Below are positions 53,283 through 64,000 of a stretch of DNA of 64,000 bases, one piece after another. A program made the translations under genes and the position numbers. The DNA is taken from NCBI GenBank assembly GCA_951406725.2, contig OX597817.1, positions 166,036,001 to 166,100,000 of the forward strand, in the 5' to 3' direction. Position 1 is the stretch's first letter. The number at the start of each line of letters is the position of its first letter. A model generated the notes under the pieces. That model saw only the letters and a program-made list of their open reading frames with translations, ran no database searches and was not told the origin of the DNA. The stretch comes from Octopus vulgaris. Lineage: Eukaryota.

Positions 53283-54069
53283 TATATAAATATAAATAAT
53301 ATATAAATATATGCATATATACATATATATATGTACATACCTACATATATATGTATATATACATGCACATATGGGTACAGGCCATCAGAAAAACGTTGAA
53401 CACAATGAGAAACGAAAACATAAAAACAAAAACATAGAAACGAATTTTTTCAAACAGCGAAAAAAACAGAGAAACTAGGCATACAATGAAGGAATATTCC
53501 CCTTCTTCAGTTGTCCCTGTTTCATATCGTTGAAATTTATAGAAAAACAAAAGATGAAGACAAGTGTATGAGCAGCAAGCAAGTGTATTAGTTTGATGCT
53601 GGGGACAAATGAAAAAGTCTTTTATGTTTCGAGCCTACGTTGATCAACAGAAAGTTATAAGAGGAAATATACAGAGAGAGAGAGAGAATGAAAACAAAAA
53701 CTTGTAGAGTTCAGTTATCCAACATGGCGATGGATTGGAAAAAGAGGTAATAATTTTTAAGAATGTTGAATGAAAGGGACATAGTGATCCCAACAAGGGA
53801 AGGTACGCGTACGTGTGTGTGTAAGTGTGTATGTGTGAAGAGGGGCGAGTGACTTTGACGTGTGTGAATGCGCGCGCGCGCGCGCGCGTGTGTGTCTGTC
53901 TGTCTGTCTGTCCGTAACCAAACAGTGTACATTGTAGTGACAGTGACAAGTTCGCTGGTTGGCTGCCGGTTGATAATGTAGAAGGGAGGGAAAGACTAAG
54001 GAATGCACGGTGCTGACTAGAAAGGAAGAAAGGATAAAGGTGGCAACATTTTCGCATAACATACGAATA

Positions 54070-54948
54070 AAACAGAGTGGTGACATTTAGTAGACATGAC
54101 CCGGACGTTGTTCCACTTCGATTACTACCGCAAACAGCAGTAGCTTTCTTCAACTGAATACACGTCGTTGATTGGTTAAAATTACCTAAATACGACAACT
54201 TTAACATGAAATAACATCAAAAATACCAAATTTTTTCAAAAATGTTCAAAGTAAACCGTGTTCTGCGTGAGACATTCCACCAGTATACGAAGTTTCAAAT
54301 TGTTTTGTTAAAAAAATATAATTAAAAAATCTGTGAGATAAACTGAACAGATCTGATTATGGTAAGATGAAATCATGACATTAACAATACATGCCAAAGT
54401 TGTAAATTAAGGCATTTTGAAACTACATATACATCAACAAGAAAAAATCTAGCTGCGGACTCGTTGCTCTAAAGGTCTCTTAAACACCGGTGCGCTTTAT
54501 GTTTAGATAAAAGACCGATGTCGGACAAATGAATAAGTATATGTAAATAATATTTCTTCCTTCTTGGTGTTGATTCTTTGATGTTTACTGGTTTCTTCGA
54601 CGCGAAAAAAAAAAAATCTTGTCATATGCAACACACGCAGTAAGCAATAAATAAAATAGAACAGAATAGGGACATTAAGTAGAGATGACCCGGAAGTTGT
54701 TCCTCTTCGATTGCTATCACAAACAGCAGTAGCTTTCTTCAGCCAAATACACGTCGTTGGTTGGTTGAAATTATCCATATATGACAACTTTAACATGGAA
54801 TAACTTCTAAAATACCAAATTTTGTCAAAAATGTTCAAAGTAAATCGTGTTCTGCGTGAGACATTCCACCGGTATATGAAGTTTCAAAACGTTTAGTTAA
54901 AAAAAAAACATTAATTAAAAAAATCCGTGAGCCGAACTGAACAGATCC
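54070..54948. mobile_element. Two direct half-copies of the 30688-31144 foldback MITE
   Basis: Both end AACTGAACAGATC. Confidence 0.75.
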
Positions 54949-55092
54949 CAAGCTTCCTGCTACACAATGCACACAGATATGGGTGTACGCGCGTGTGTGT
55001 GTGTATGTGTGTATATGTGTGTATGTGTGTGTGTTTGTGGGTATATGTATGTGTGCGGTTGTTTTGTGTGTGTGTGTGTATAATATTTAAAG

Positions 55093-55410
55093 ACTCCGCC
55101 GGTTACGACGACGAGGGTCCCAGCTGATACGATCAACGGAACAGCTTGCTCGTGAAATTAACGTGCAAATGGCTGAGCATTCCACAGACACGTGTACCCT
55201 TAACGTAGTTCTCGGGGATAATCAGCGTGACACAGAGAGTGACAAGGCTGACCCTTTGAAATACAAGTACAACTCATTTTTGCCAGCTGAGTGGACTGGA
55301 GCAACGTGAAATAAAGTGTCTTGCTCAAGGACACAACGCGTCGCCGGGAATCGAACTCACAACCTTACGATCATGAGCCGAATGCCCTAACCACTAAGCC
55401 ACGCGCCCTC
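55093..55410 (-). mobile_element. SINE, head C + tail A
   Basis: Minus strand GGCGCGTGGCTTAGTGG...GAGTTCGATTCCC...TTGAGCAAGACACTTTATTTCACG, then the tail of 4008-4190. Confidence 0.85.
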
Positions 55411-56600
55411 GTATAATATTTAGACACAGACTGACCAGCCAGCCAGCCAGCCAACGTGCCAGCCAGCCAACCAACCAGTCGGAACCCGTCGCCTCTGCTT
55501 CCTCTTTTGTCAAGTTTCATGTCAACAGAGAGAAAGAATGTGGGTTTCTCTGTCGAGAGGGAAGAGACGTGGGGTTTAGAGTTACAAGGGTCGTTTCGGG
55601 TCAGACAAGAACATGTCGAGGTTGACCCGGCTTTAGGGATTAATGTTTTATGGGCTCATGTCAACGCTTATATGTCCGCGTTATCCTGTGTGTCCTGGCC
55701 TCAGTATCCGCATATGTACACACACAAACACACACACACGCATATATATCACTATACACACAATGTCTATGCGTATCGTGTGTAATGTGTGTGTTTGTGT
55801 ACGTGCTTGTGTTTGTTCCTTGGTCTACATGTGTGTTTGTGCGTGACTGTGGATGTGTAAACAAGCGACTGTGTGTGTGTATTTTACAAAACATACTTAG
55901 AGATTAGAAGTTAATAGGTTAGGGACCTAGCTTATAGTGGTTATTAGCTTGGTAGCTAGTAGTTTACTGCAAGGAAGCATTAATAATCTAATTTATCAAT
56001 CTGCCATGATACTTCCTTTTTTTTTTTAATTACAAAATTTTAAACAATTTCATAGACGATAATATTGTACATATAACATGGTTTTGTGTGTGCGTGTTTG
56101 TTTGTGTGTGTGTGTTTGTTTGTGTGTGTGTGTGTGTGTGATCGGCTTGAAAAATTGAGATATTAAGATATATTCCCATTTTTCTTTACATAAAAGCAAT
56201 GGTAGCCTTAATTCACAAATAAAGAAATCCTGTCCACCAATACGGTGTTGAGCACTCATTTTCATCGTTCGACATTAACGTGTTCATCCATCCATCCATA
56301 CACACATCCATCCATCCATCCATCCATAGAGATACATAGAAGTATATATAGGTATATACCTAGCTATATAGTGGTATATATAGCTTGGTAGCTAGTAGTA
56401 TATATATATATATGTATATACATATTTATATATAAATTCAAATTACGATGAATGTAAACAAACAAACGACGAAGTTTGCTTTAGAAGTGTTGAGATGTCT
56501 TAGAAAGTTAAAGAAGTGATTTGAAATTCTCAAACGCAGGATAATGCTAACAATATAGCCTGAACAGGATAAGCTACCCCTATTTTGCAGAAAAAAGTGT

Positions 56601-56673
56601 TGGCGGCGGGCAATGAGGACTCGAATTCGCATCTCCGTGATTACGCGTCGTGGTGCTCTGAACCATTAAGCTA
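56601..56673 (-). pseudogene. tRNA-like remnant (Thr-CGT-like), ending CCA
   Basis: Minus strand TAGCTTAATGGTTCAGAGCA-CCACGA-CGCGTAA-TCACGG-AGAT-GCGAATTCGAGTCC...CCGCCA. Stems are imperfect and the 5' acceptor strand is replaced by (TA)n. A partial copy lies at 57177-57241. Confidence 0.5.
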
Positions 56674-56706
56674 TATATATATACATATATATATATATAT
56701 GCATAT

Positions 56707-56758
<52 letters not shown>

Positions 56759-56834
56759 CCGCGTGTGACCGCGTGTGTACCGTTGGCGATTTTTTTCCTC
56801 TGTCTTCCCTTCTCTGGATCTTTCCTTCTCCTAT

Positions 56835-56869
56835 GTTTCCGACGAAGAGCTCCGCTCGAAACGTTAAAC
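56835..56869 (+). ncRNA. Minimal type I hammerhead motif (U4C core)
   Basis: GTTT-CCGACGA-A-GAGC-TCC-GCTC-GAA-ACGT-T-AAAC. A degenerate relative lies at ~6060-6095 (-). Confidence 0.65.
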
Positions 56870-57613
56870 TCTCCTTCTTTCCTTCTGTCCTGAGCGTCCA
56901 ATAACACTATATTTATTCCACGTCCTCGCGTTGTTGTGTTTTTTTGTGCTTTCTTGTTTGGATTAACTATATGTATATATATATATATATATAATTAATT
57001 AATAAGGGTGAGAGAATTAGATACTAATTTAATAGTATATTTATTCCACACCAAGTGGCCTTTAGAAGTGCTGAGAAACCTGGATTGTTATAATATTTTA
57101 TAACATATTATAATATTTTCACAAAATAAATATAAGAGAGTGTTCACCCTATTGATCACTCTAGCAAAAAGAGTGTTGGCGGCCACGAAAAAGGACATGA
57201 ATTCGCATCTCCGTGATTACGCGTCGTGGTGCTCTGAACCAGGGCTAATATATAAAATAATATATATATGCAAAAATACAGATTATTTTTGTTATTTTTA
57301 TATTTGCCCTGTCCGTGTGAGCTAACAGTCGTACCGGCTTTCATGGGAAACATGTATTTTTCGTGGTTGAAACCTCTTGGATTAACGAAAAATACATGTT
57401 TCCCATGAGCCTATGTTTCAGCTCACACGAAGAGGCAAATAAAAAATAACAAAAATACAGATTATTTTTGTTATTTTCCTTCTTTGCCCTGTCCGTGTGA
57501 GCTAACAGTCGTACCGGCTTTCAATGGGAAACATGTATTTATTCGTGGTTGAAACCTCTTGGATTAACTGGTGCTAGAGTGATCAATATAGTGAACACTC
57601 TCTATATTTATTT

Positions 57614-57675
<62 letters not shown>

Positions 57676-57705
57676 CATACATACATACATACATACATAC
57701 ATACA

Positions 57706-57738
<33 letters not shown>

Positions 57739-57754
57739 GTGTGTGTGTGTCTAT

Positions 57755-57792
<38 letters not shown>

Positions 57793-57841
57793 CTTAAAGA
57801 TTAATAGATAAAACGTAGTGAACCAAAAGGTAATTTATTAT

Positions 57842-57944
57842 CACGACAATTGTTTCGTCTTCATAATGCACTGCTCCCTAGTGGGCGTGGAACGGTGCAG
57901 TAACACCAGATCCAACGCACAGCGCAAAGGAGACTCATTAGGTG
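57842..57944 (-). ncRNA. Type I hammerhead-like motif with long loop II (G5A lesion)
   Basis: Minus strand CAC-CTAATGA-GTCT...AGAC-GAA-ACAATTGT-C-GTG. Confidence 0.55.
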
Positions 57945-58391
57945 CCATAATATGCTTTTAAGTGCAGGGATTTACATTTCAGCTTCGTTGCATTGAGCGA
58001 TTCCATCAGTTCGGCTGGATACGTTCAAATGAGGAATCAAAAAGTACAGGAATGGAATCAGAAAGTGCCTAAAATGAATGGGGTAGGGGTGTCTTTTTAT
58101 TTGGGGGTCACGATGTTATTGTTAAGAATAAGAGATACAAAATAAAATAAAAATTAAATAATAAAAAATATATATAAAGAATGTAGTATATATGGATGTG
58201 GGGTGCCGAGGGTGTGTAAGTCTTTGATATCAAAGACTTACACGCGTCCAGCAGGGAATATATACGTCACAGAATCTGGAAAACCGATTTTAAGAGACTA
58301 TAGCTCAGGAAGGACGTTTGATCGTTTTTAATGTGTGTGTGTGTGTGTGTGTGTGTCTGTGTACGTGTGTGTGTGTATGTGTGTATGTATG

Positions 58392-58437
<46 letters not shown>

Positions 58438-58518
58438 TGCATGTATGTATGTATGTATGTATGTATGCATTGCACACACACACACACACACACATACACA
58501 CACACACACATATATATG

Positions 58519-58884
58519 GTGGAGGTGCAATGGCCCAGTGGTTAGGGCAAAGGACTCGCAGTCATAGGATGGCACTTTGGATTCCCAGACCGGGCGTAGT
58601 GACTGCTTATTGAATGAAAACTCCTAAAGCTCCACGAAGCTCCGGCAGGGGGTGGTGGCGAACCCTGCTGTATTCTTTCTCTCACTCTTTCTTCTTGTTT
58701 CTGTTGTACCTGTATTTCAACTGACTAACCTTGTCACACTCTGTGTCACGCTGAATCTCCCCGAGAACTATGTTAAGGGCACACATGTCTGTGGAGTGGT
58801 CAGCCATTTGCGCGTTTTTTTCACGAGCAAGCTGTTACGTTGATCGTATCAACTGGAACCCTCGCCGTCGTAACCGACGGAGTT
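58519..58884 (+). mobile_element. SINE, head B + tail A
   Basis: Matches 4008-4391. Confidence 0.85.
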
Positions 58885-58979
58885 GTCGAACATTTAAACC
58901 AAATTTTCTCAAAACGACTTGTCTGACCGTCCCATAGGCACCCGCTTTGAGAAACACTGATCTAACCTAAATTTGAGAC

Positions 58980-59216
58980 ACCAGCAAAGGAAGAAATAAA
59001 GATAGACCTCTTTTCTATTTCAAAGAAAAACGTTTTCCCACGGCTTTATCGATCGAATTCTCACCTGGAATCGATTTTTGTAATTTTTCCAAGGCTTATG
59101 CACGCCCTGATAGCGTCGATATCTACATATAAAATTTGAGCGCAATCGGATGGAGGATGCCCGAGATACTAGAAGCCACATACACAGACAGACAAACAGA
59201 ACGGATTTATATAAGA
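58980..59216 (-). mobile_element. Helitron-like remnant, another family
   Basis: AAATTTGAGCGCAATCGG...ACAGACAGACAAACAGA...TTTATATAAGA resembles the 5' end of 26990-27372. Confidence 0.45.
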
Positions 59217-59314
59217 TATATATATATATATAACAATTGCAGCGTGGAAGGTGTTTATAAACAATTTAAGAAACACACAAAAGCCGTTCGATTCACTTCA
59301 ACATTTAAGTTTAA

Positions 59315-59364
59315 TTTGTCAAAATATTTTCGTCGCTAAAATCCGCGACCTGTTCACTGACAAA
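59315..59364 (-). ncRNA. Minimal hammerhead motif with G3-C8 core swap
   Basis: Minus strand TTTGTCA-GTGAACA-G-GTCGC-GGATTTTA-GCGAC-GAA-AATATT-T-TGACAAA. Confidence 0.65.
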
Positions 59365-59386
59365 AATCCGTGCTGCATCTCAGCAC

Positions 59387-59421
<35 letters not shown>

Positions 59422-59457
59422 TACATACATACATACATACATACATACATACATACA

Positions 59458-59504
<47 letters not shown>

Positions 59505-60184
59505 TTATATATATGATACACACACTGAACATACACATGCTATATTTTCATGTTAGCCTATTATGAATTTCTATTCATTCAATGGTGGCTAAACTGCCAA
59601 CCTTGCTCGATGGACATGAAAGTATGATATCTGGTAATTATACTGACTGTCATTGGTTAAATATTTTCTTTTGTTTGTCCAAAGATAATACGGTTGAAAA
59701 TGTCATTCAAGAGGGGTAAATAATTGGATGAAAGATTGTGGAAGGCAATGATTTAAAGTGAGAGGACAAGGTATAGTTCGCGTAAAACAAGTGAGGCGGG
59801 TGAAAATAATTTTTATGAATTTAAATCAAGAACGTATAAAAAAGCAAAGTGTATTTAGCTATGATGAATATATTGTTTAATGAATAGGCGACAAGGTCGA
59901 CGGCACAATAAACAGAAAATATGGAAACAAGGAGTATCGCAAAAAAATCGCGAAACCCAAAGAGAGAAATATAAGGTATATGATTGCTCCTCGAAAACAG
60001 TTACGTATTAATCCGGGCAAACATAAGTTGCATGATCCGCAAAGGTTTAAGCAAATAGTTATCGAAGTTACGATACTTGCTGAAGATCTCTGATCACACC
60101 CTATGCGAACTTATTGAGGTTCTTGAGTGACAGGATCTTTTTAGCGATATACAGTCCTTAGGGTTTAGTGCCATTTCTATATAT

Positions 60185-60341
60185 TCTTTTATTCTTTTAT
60201 CTTTTTTACTTGTTTAGTCATTTTGACTGCAGCTATGCGCCTTTAGCCGAACAAACCGACCTCAGGACTTATTCTTTGTAAGCCTAGCAGTTATTCTATC
60301 GGGCTCTTTTGCGATGGGGGGCGACAAGCATAAGCACACAA

Positions 60342-60376
<35 letters not shown>

Positions 60377-60538
60377 ACGGGCTTTTTTCGGTTTCCGTCT
60401 ACCAAAATCCACTCACAGGGCTTTGGTCGGTCCGAGGCTATAGTAGAAGATACTTACCCAACGTACCACGCACTAGGATTGAACCTAGAACCATATGGTT
60501 GGGAAGCAAGCTTCTAACCACACAGCCACTCCTGCGCC
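60185..60538 (-). mobile_element. SINE family A (internal deletion)
   Basis: Tail and head recognisable. Confidence 0.8.
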
Positions 60539-60689
60539 TACACCACACAGCCTTATATATTTCGAAAATCTTCTTCGTGTTGCCAAATGCCGTACAATAC
60601 ATTTCAAATCTTGTTGTAATTGAATAATTTTACTGAATTGCTCTTTTGTATATTTCCAATGCAAGAAATATGGTCGAGTTCCCAATTAT

Positions 60690-61000
60690 AAACTGGTTTT
60701 CTAAAATATTAATATACGCGTTGTATTTAGAATCACTATGTTGGTGGCAACATCTGCTTGAAAAATGTCCGCTCATATGCAATTTTGATCACAAGTAGTT
60801 ATATTTGTAAATATTAAGTTAGTCCTGTCTATTTTGATAGTACGATTAGCTATTCAATTTTTCATGCTGGAAGTACAGCTGTTTCTCAATTTTAGATTAT
60901 TTCTATTGAATAATTTTCTATATTGCTTGATAGGGAATTGTTTATCTTTCTTAAGGCTAAGGTAGAAGATATGAACCTTGATATCACAGAATTTGTTTAT
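60690..61000 (-). pseudogene. Penelope-like element ORF remnant
   Basis: DKQFPIKQYRKLFNRNNLKLRNSCTSSMKN matches the recalled PLE motif KHFP..H..HKIFNRNT.KLSYSC..NM; downstream IFQADV...YI...EN.F resembles a GIY-YIG start. Confidence 0.6.
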
Positions 61001-62061
61001 TAGTACATATATACATATTACATGTGTGCGCGCGTGTGTGTGTGTGTGTGAGAGTGTGTTTAAACATACAGACATGCATTTACACGCACAGATACCTATG
61101 TATATGACCTACTTAATCTCTGGATTACAGTGTAAATGGCTGAGTCTTCCAACAGACATTTGTATCCATAGCGGAATCATCAACCAGATTCAACTAAACG
61201 CGGTCAGTGGTCAGAGGGCCTTTTGAATTATATGTTCACGCCATCCGATGTGCTTCAGCTGAGTTTTAATCCGTCCCATCTATTTTCGCTCACAACACTT
61301 GGGTCGATTCGAGTGTTTGAAGCGATTTAAGACAGTATGAGTGACGTAATTCTTAGTCATTCAGCTTCGTTGCTCGTCCGTGCATATACAAGAACATTTT
61401 AAAACTTTTATTGGGTAGAGTAAAATCATTTATTTTTCATAAGTGCTACTGCCATTCATTTCTATATGTGTATATAACACACACACACACATAGATATAT
61501 ACATATACGCATACTTATATATATGTACATACATGTTCGTGTGCTTGCGTGTATGTAAGTGTGTGCGTGCGCGTCTGTATGCTTGTGTGTGTGAATGTGT
61601 GTACGTCAATCCGTCTGTTCTGCTATGTCTTAAACATAAAGATTAAGAGATTAGCTTAATGTGCTGCCACTTTTTTTATTATTCTTTCTGCCTGAATATT
61701 CCATAATTAACTCTGTAATGAATTGGTGCAGTTTACCCTTCTCGTTGTCGTCTTGTTGTTATTCAATATTTTTTTATCATCATTAACGTATATATATATA
61801 TATATACTTCTGCACATTCACGTACAGGAGTATTCCACACAGTTTCCGTTTACTAAATCAACTGACAAGTCTAGTTCGGGCCAAGGCTGTTAGTAGAAGT
61901 TACCTATCGAAGGTGCTTCGCTCTGTATAAATGTGTATCATTTCTTTAGTAGACTTAGTTTTTCATAGATTTCACATGGAGCAGATCTATTATAAAAGGT
62001 ATTCTGACCATTCAAAGATTAGTATACTCTGGACTACATTTTTCAATGATTCCTTCTGAGA

Positions 62062-62290
62062 CCAGTGGTTCCCAACCGGGGTCCATATGACCCTTGAGGG
62101 TCTATGTAAGATCCGGTTGTGGCCATGCTGGAGCAACGCCTTTAGTCGAGCAAATCGACCCCAGGACTTATTCTTTGTAAGCATAATACTTATTATATCG
62201 GTGTCTTTTTGCCGAACTGCTAAGTTACGGCGACGTAAACACACCACCATCGGTTGTCAAGCGATATTGGGAGGACAAACACAGACACAC
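62062..62290. mobile_element. hAT MITE end followed by a SINE A tail (-)
   Basis: CAGTGGTTCCCAACCGGGGTCC; SINE tail 62115-62290. Confidence 0.6.
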
Positions 62291-62292
62291 AA

Positions 62293-62378
<86 letters not shown>

Positions 62379-62436
62379 AAATGTAATATGTGACAATTAT
62401 TCGGTAGACATCAAGATGTATTTATATATATATATA

Positions 62437-62841
62437 GGCGCAGGAGTGGCTGTATGGTAAGTAGCTTGCTAACCAACCACATGGTTCCGGGTCCAGTCCC
62501 ACGGCGTGGCATCTTAGGCAAGTGTCTTCTGCTATAGCCCCGGGCCGACCAATGCCTTGTGAGTGGATTTGGTAGACGGAAACTGAAAGAAGCCCGTCGT
62601 ATATATGTATATGTATGTATGTGTGTGTGTTTATGTGTCTGTGTTTGTTCCCCTAGCATTGCTTGACAACCGATGCTGGTGCGTTTACATCCCCGTCACT
62701 TAGCGGTTCGGCAAAAAGAAACCGATAGAATAAGTACTGGGCTTACAAAGAATAAGTCCCGAGGTCGATTTGCTCGACTAAAGGCGGTGCTCCAGCATGG
62801 CCGCAGTCAAATGACTGAAACAAGTAAGAGAAAGATAAAAG

Positions 62842-62842
<1 letters not shown>
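62437..62842 (+). mobile_element. SINE family A, full length
   Basis: Identity to other copies. Confidence 0.92.
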
Positions 62843-62896
<54 letters not shown>

Positions 62897-62897
62897 T

Positions 62898-63024
62898 GTA
62901 TATGTAAAATATACAAACTGGGACACGAACGCAAAACATCCAGAAGACGACACAAAGAAACACGGACGGGACACCCGAAGCCTTCAATCTCCAGTCAAGA
63001 ACCGGATCATCCCGCAATCCCGGC
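62898..63024 (-). mobile_element. Truncated copy C of the permuted-HHR family 1
   Basis: Minus strand GCC-GGG-ATTGC-GGGATGATCCGGT-TCTTGA-CTGGAGA-TTGAA-GGCTT; core mutated. Confidence 0.7.
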
Positions 63025-63038
63025 ATATATATATATAT

Positions 63039-63673
63039 ACTCTTTTACTCTTTTACTTGTTTCAGTCATTTGACTGCGGCCATGCTGGAGCACCGCCTTT
63101 AGTCGAGCAAATCGACCCTGGGACGTAAACACACCAGCATTGGTTGTCAAGCAATGCTAGGGGGACAAACACAGACACACAAACATCTCTCTTGGTCATT
63201 GCTTCTGTTCTCGGCCCTCCTTAATCCCCTCTCTCTCTGTCTCTCTTTCTCTCTCACCTTCTTGCAACCTGCTGCTACTAAGACATTCCATTGGTGACAG
63301 CCGCCTGTACTACACGTGTCTTCTCTACCGAAAAGGTAACCGCTTCCCACGCTTGCTGATCAATTGTTTTTGTCCCATTTTGTCTCAAAGTCGTGTCATT
63401 CCTGATTTTATTCGTTACTGTTTCCAATTTTATCTTCGTCTCTTGTTTTCCTATTCGTCTCTGTTGTTACATTCTTTCCTTCTACCAAGGAAATCTAATG
63501 CCCATAGCTTAGCTTTTCCTTGGGGCTGGCCGTTTTGGAGCAAATCTCAGAATTAAACAGCCGAAATTTGCCATGATGAATCGGTTTCTGACTGAAGAAT
63601 GAAGGCTCTGAATGACTGTCTGTTTTCCGTGTTCGTCAATTCGTGAATTTCACGTTCTTTATATATAAAGTTT

Positions 63674-63744
<71 letters not shown>

Positions 63745-63911
63745 TATATACGACAGGCTTCTTTCAGTTTCCGTCTATCAAATCCACTCTCAAGGCATTG
63801 GTCGGCCCGGGGCTTTAGCAGAAGACACTTGCCCAAGATGCCACGCAGTGGGAGTGAACCCGGAACTATGTGGTTGGTAAGCAAGCTACTTACCACACAG
63901 CCACTCCTGCG

Positions 63912-63913
<2 letters not shown>
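63039..63913 (-). mobile_element. SINE family A with a family-1 element in its central microsatellite
   Basis: Tail 63039-63180, head 63748-63913. Confidence 0.8.
63540..63607 (+). ncRNA. Candidate permuted hammerhead ribozyme, family 1, copy B
   Basis: GCAAAT-C-TCAGAA-TTAAA-CAGCC-GAA-ATTTGC-14 nt-TTCTGA-CTGAAGA-ATGAA-GGCT. Confidence 0.55.
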
Positions 63914-63967
<54 letters not shown>

Positions 63968-64000
63968 CATATATACGACGGGCTTCTTTCAGTTTCCGTC

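Noticed and set aside
55927-56399. ~40-bp direct repeat (CCTAGCT...TAGCTTGGTAGCTAGTAGT) at ~55927 and ~56359
   Set aside because: It is imperfect and of low complexity, and the enclosed sequence has no element features.

Overview
Eukaryotic, repeat-saturated intergenic or intronic DNA with no recognisable host protein-coding exon. The repeat content points to an octopus (coleoid cephalopod) genome; this is an inference from recalled repeat families, not a database result. Nearly all ORFs in the supplied track are microsatellite or SINE translation artefacts. The real coding remnants are a 5'-truncated CR1/L2-group LINE (~659-3220), a decayed full-length mariner (47230-49339), RTE LINE fragments, a Tc1/mariner-type transposase C-terminus and Penelope-like element (PLE) fragments. 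The rest comprises about 30 copies or fragments of one tRNA-derived SINE, modular SINEs that exchange heads and tails, about 10 non-autonomous Helitrons, piggyBac/hAT/mariner/foldback MITEs and long microsatellites. The most notable signal is at RNA level. Many small elements next to (TA)n tracts carry hammerhead-ribozyme (HHR) motifs, including core variants (G3-C8, A6U, U4C). Two unrelated repeat families (10338-10405 and 63540-63607; 51229-51290) contain all HHR parts in a non-circularly permuted, pseudoknotted order, and the first family shows compensatory changes between copies. Structures were assigned by eye and coordinates may be off by a few bases. No ribozyme activity is demonstrated.
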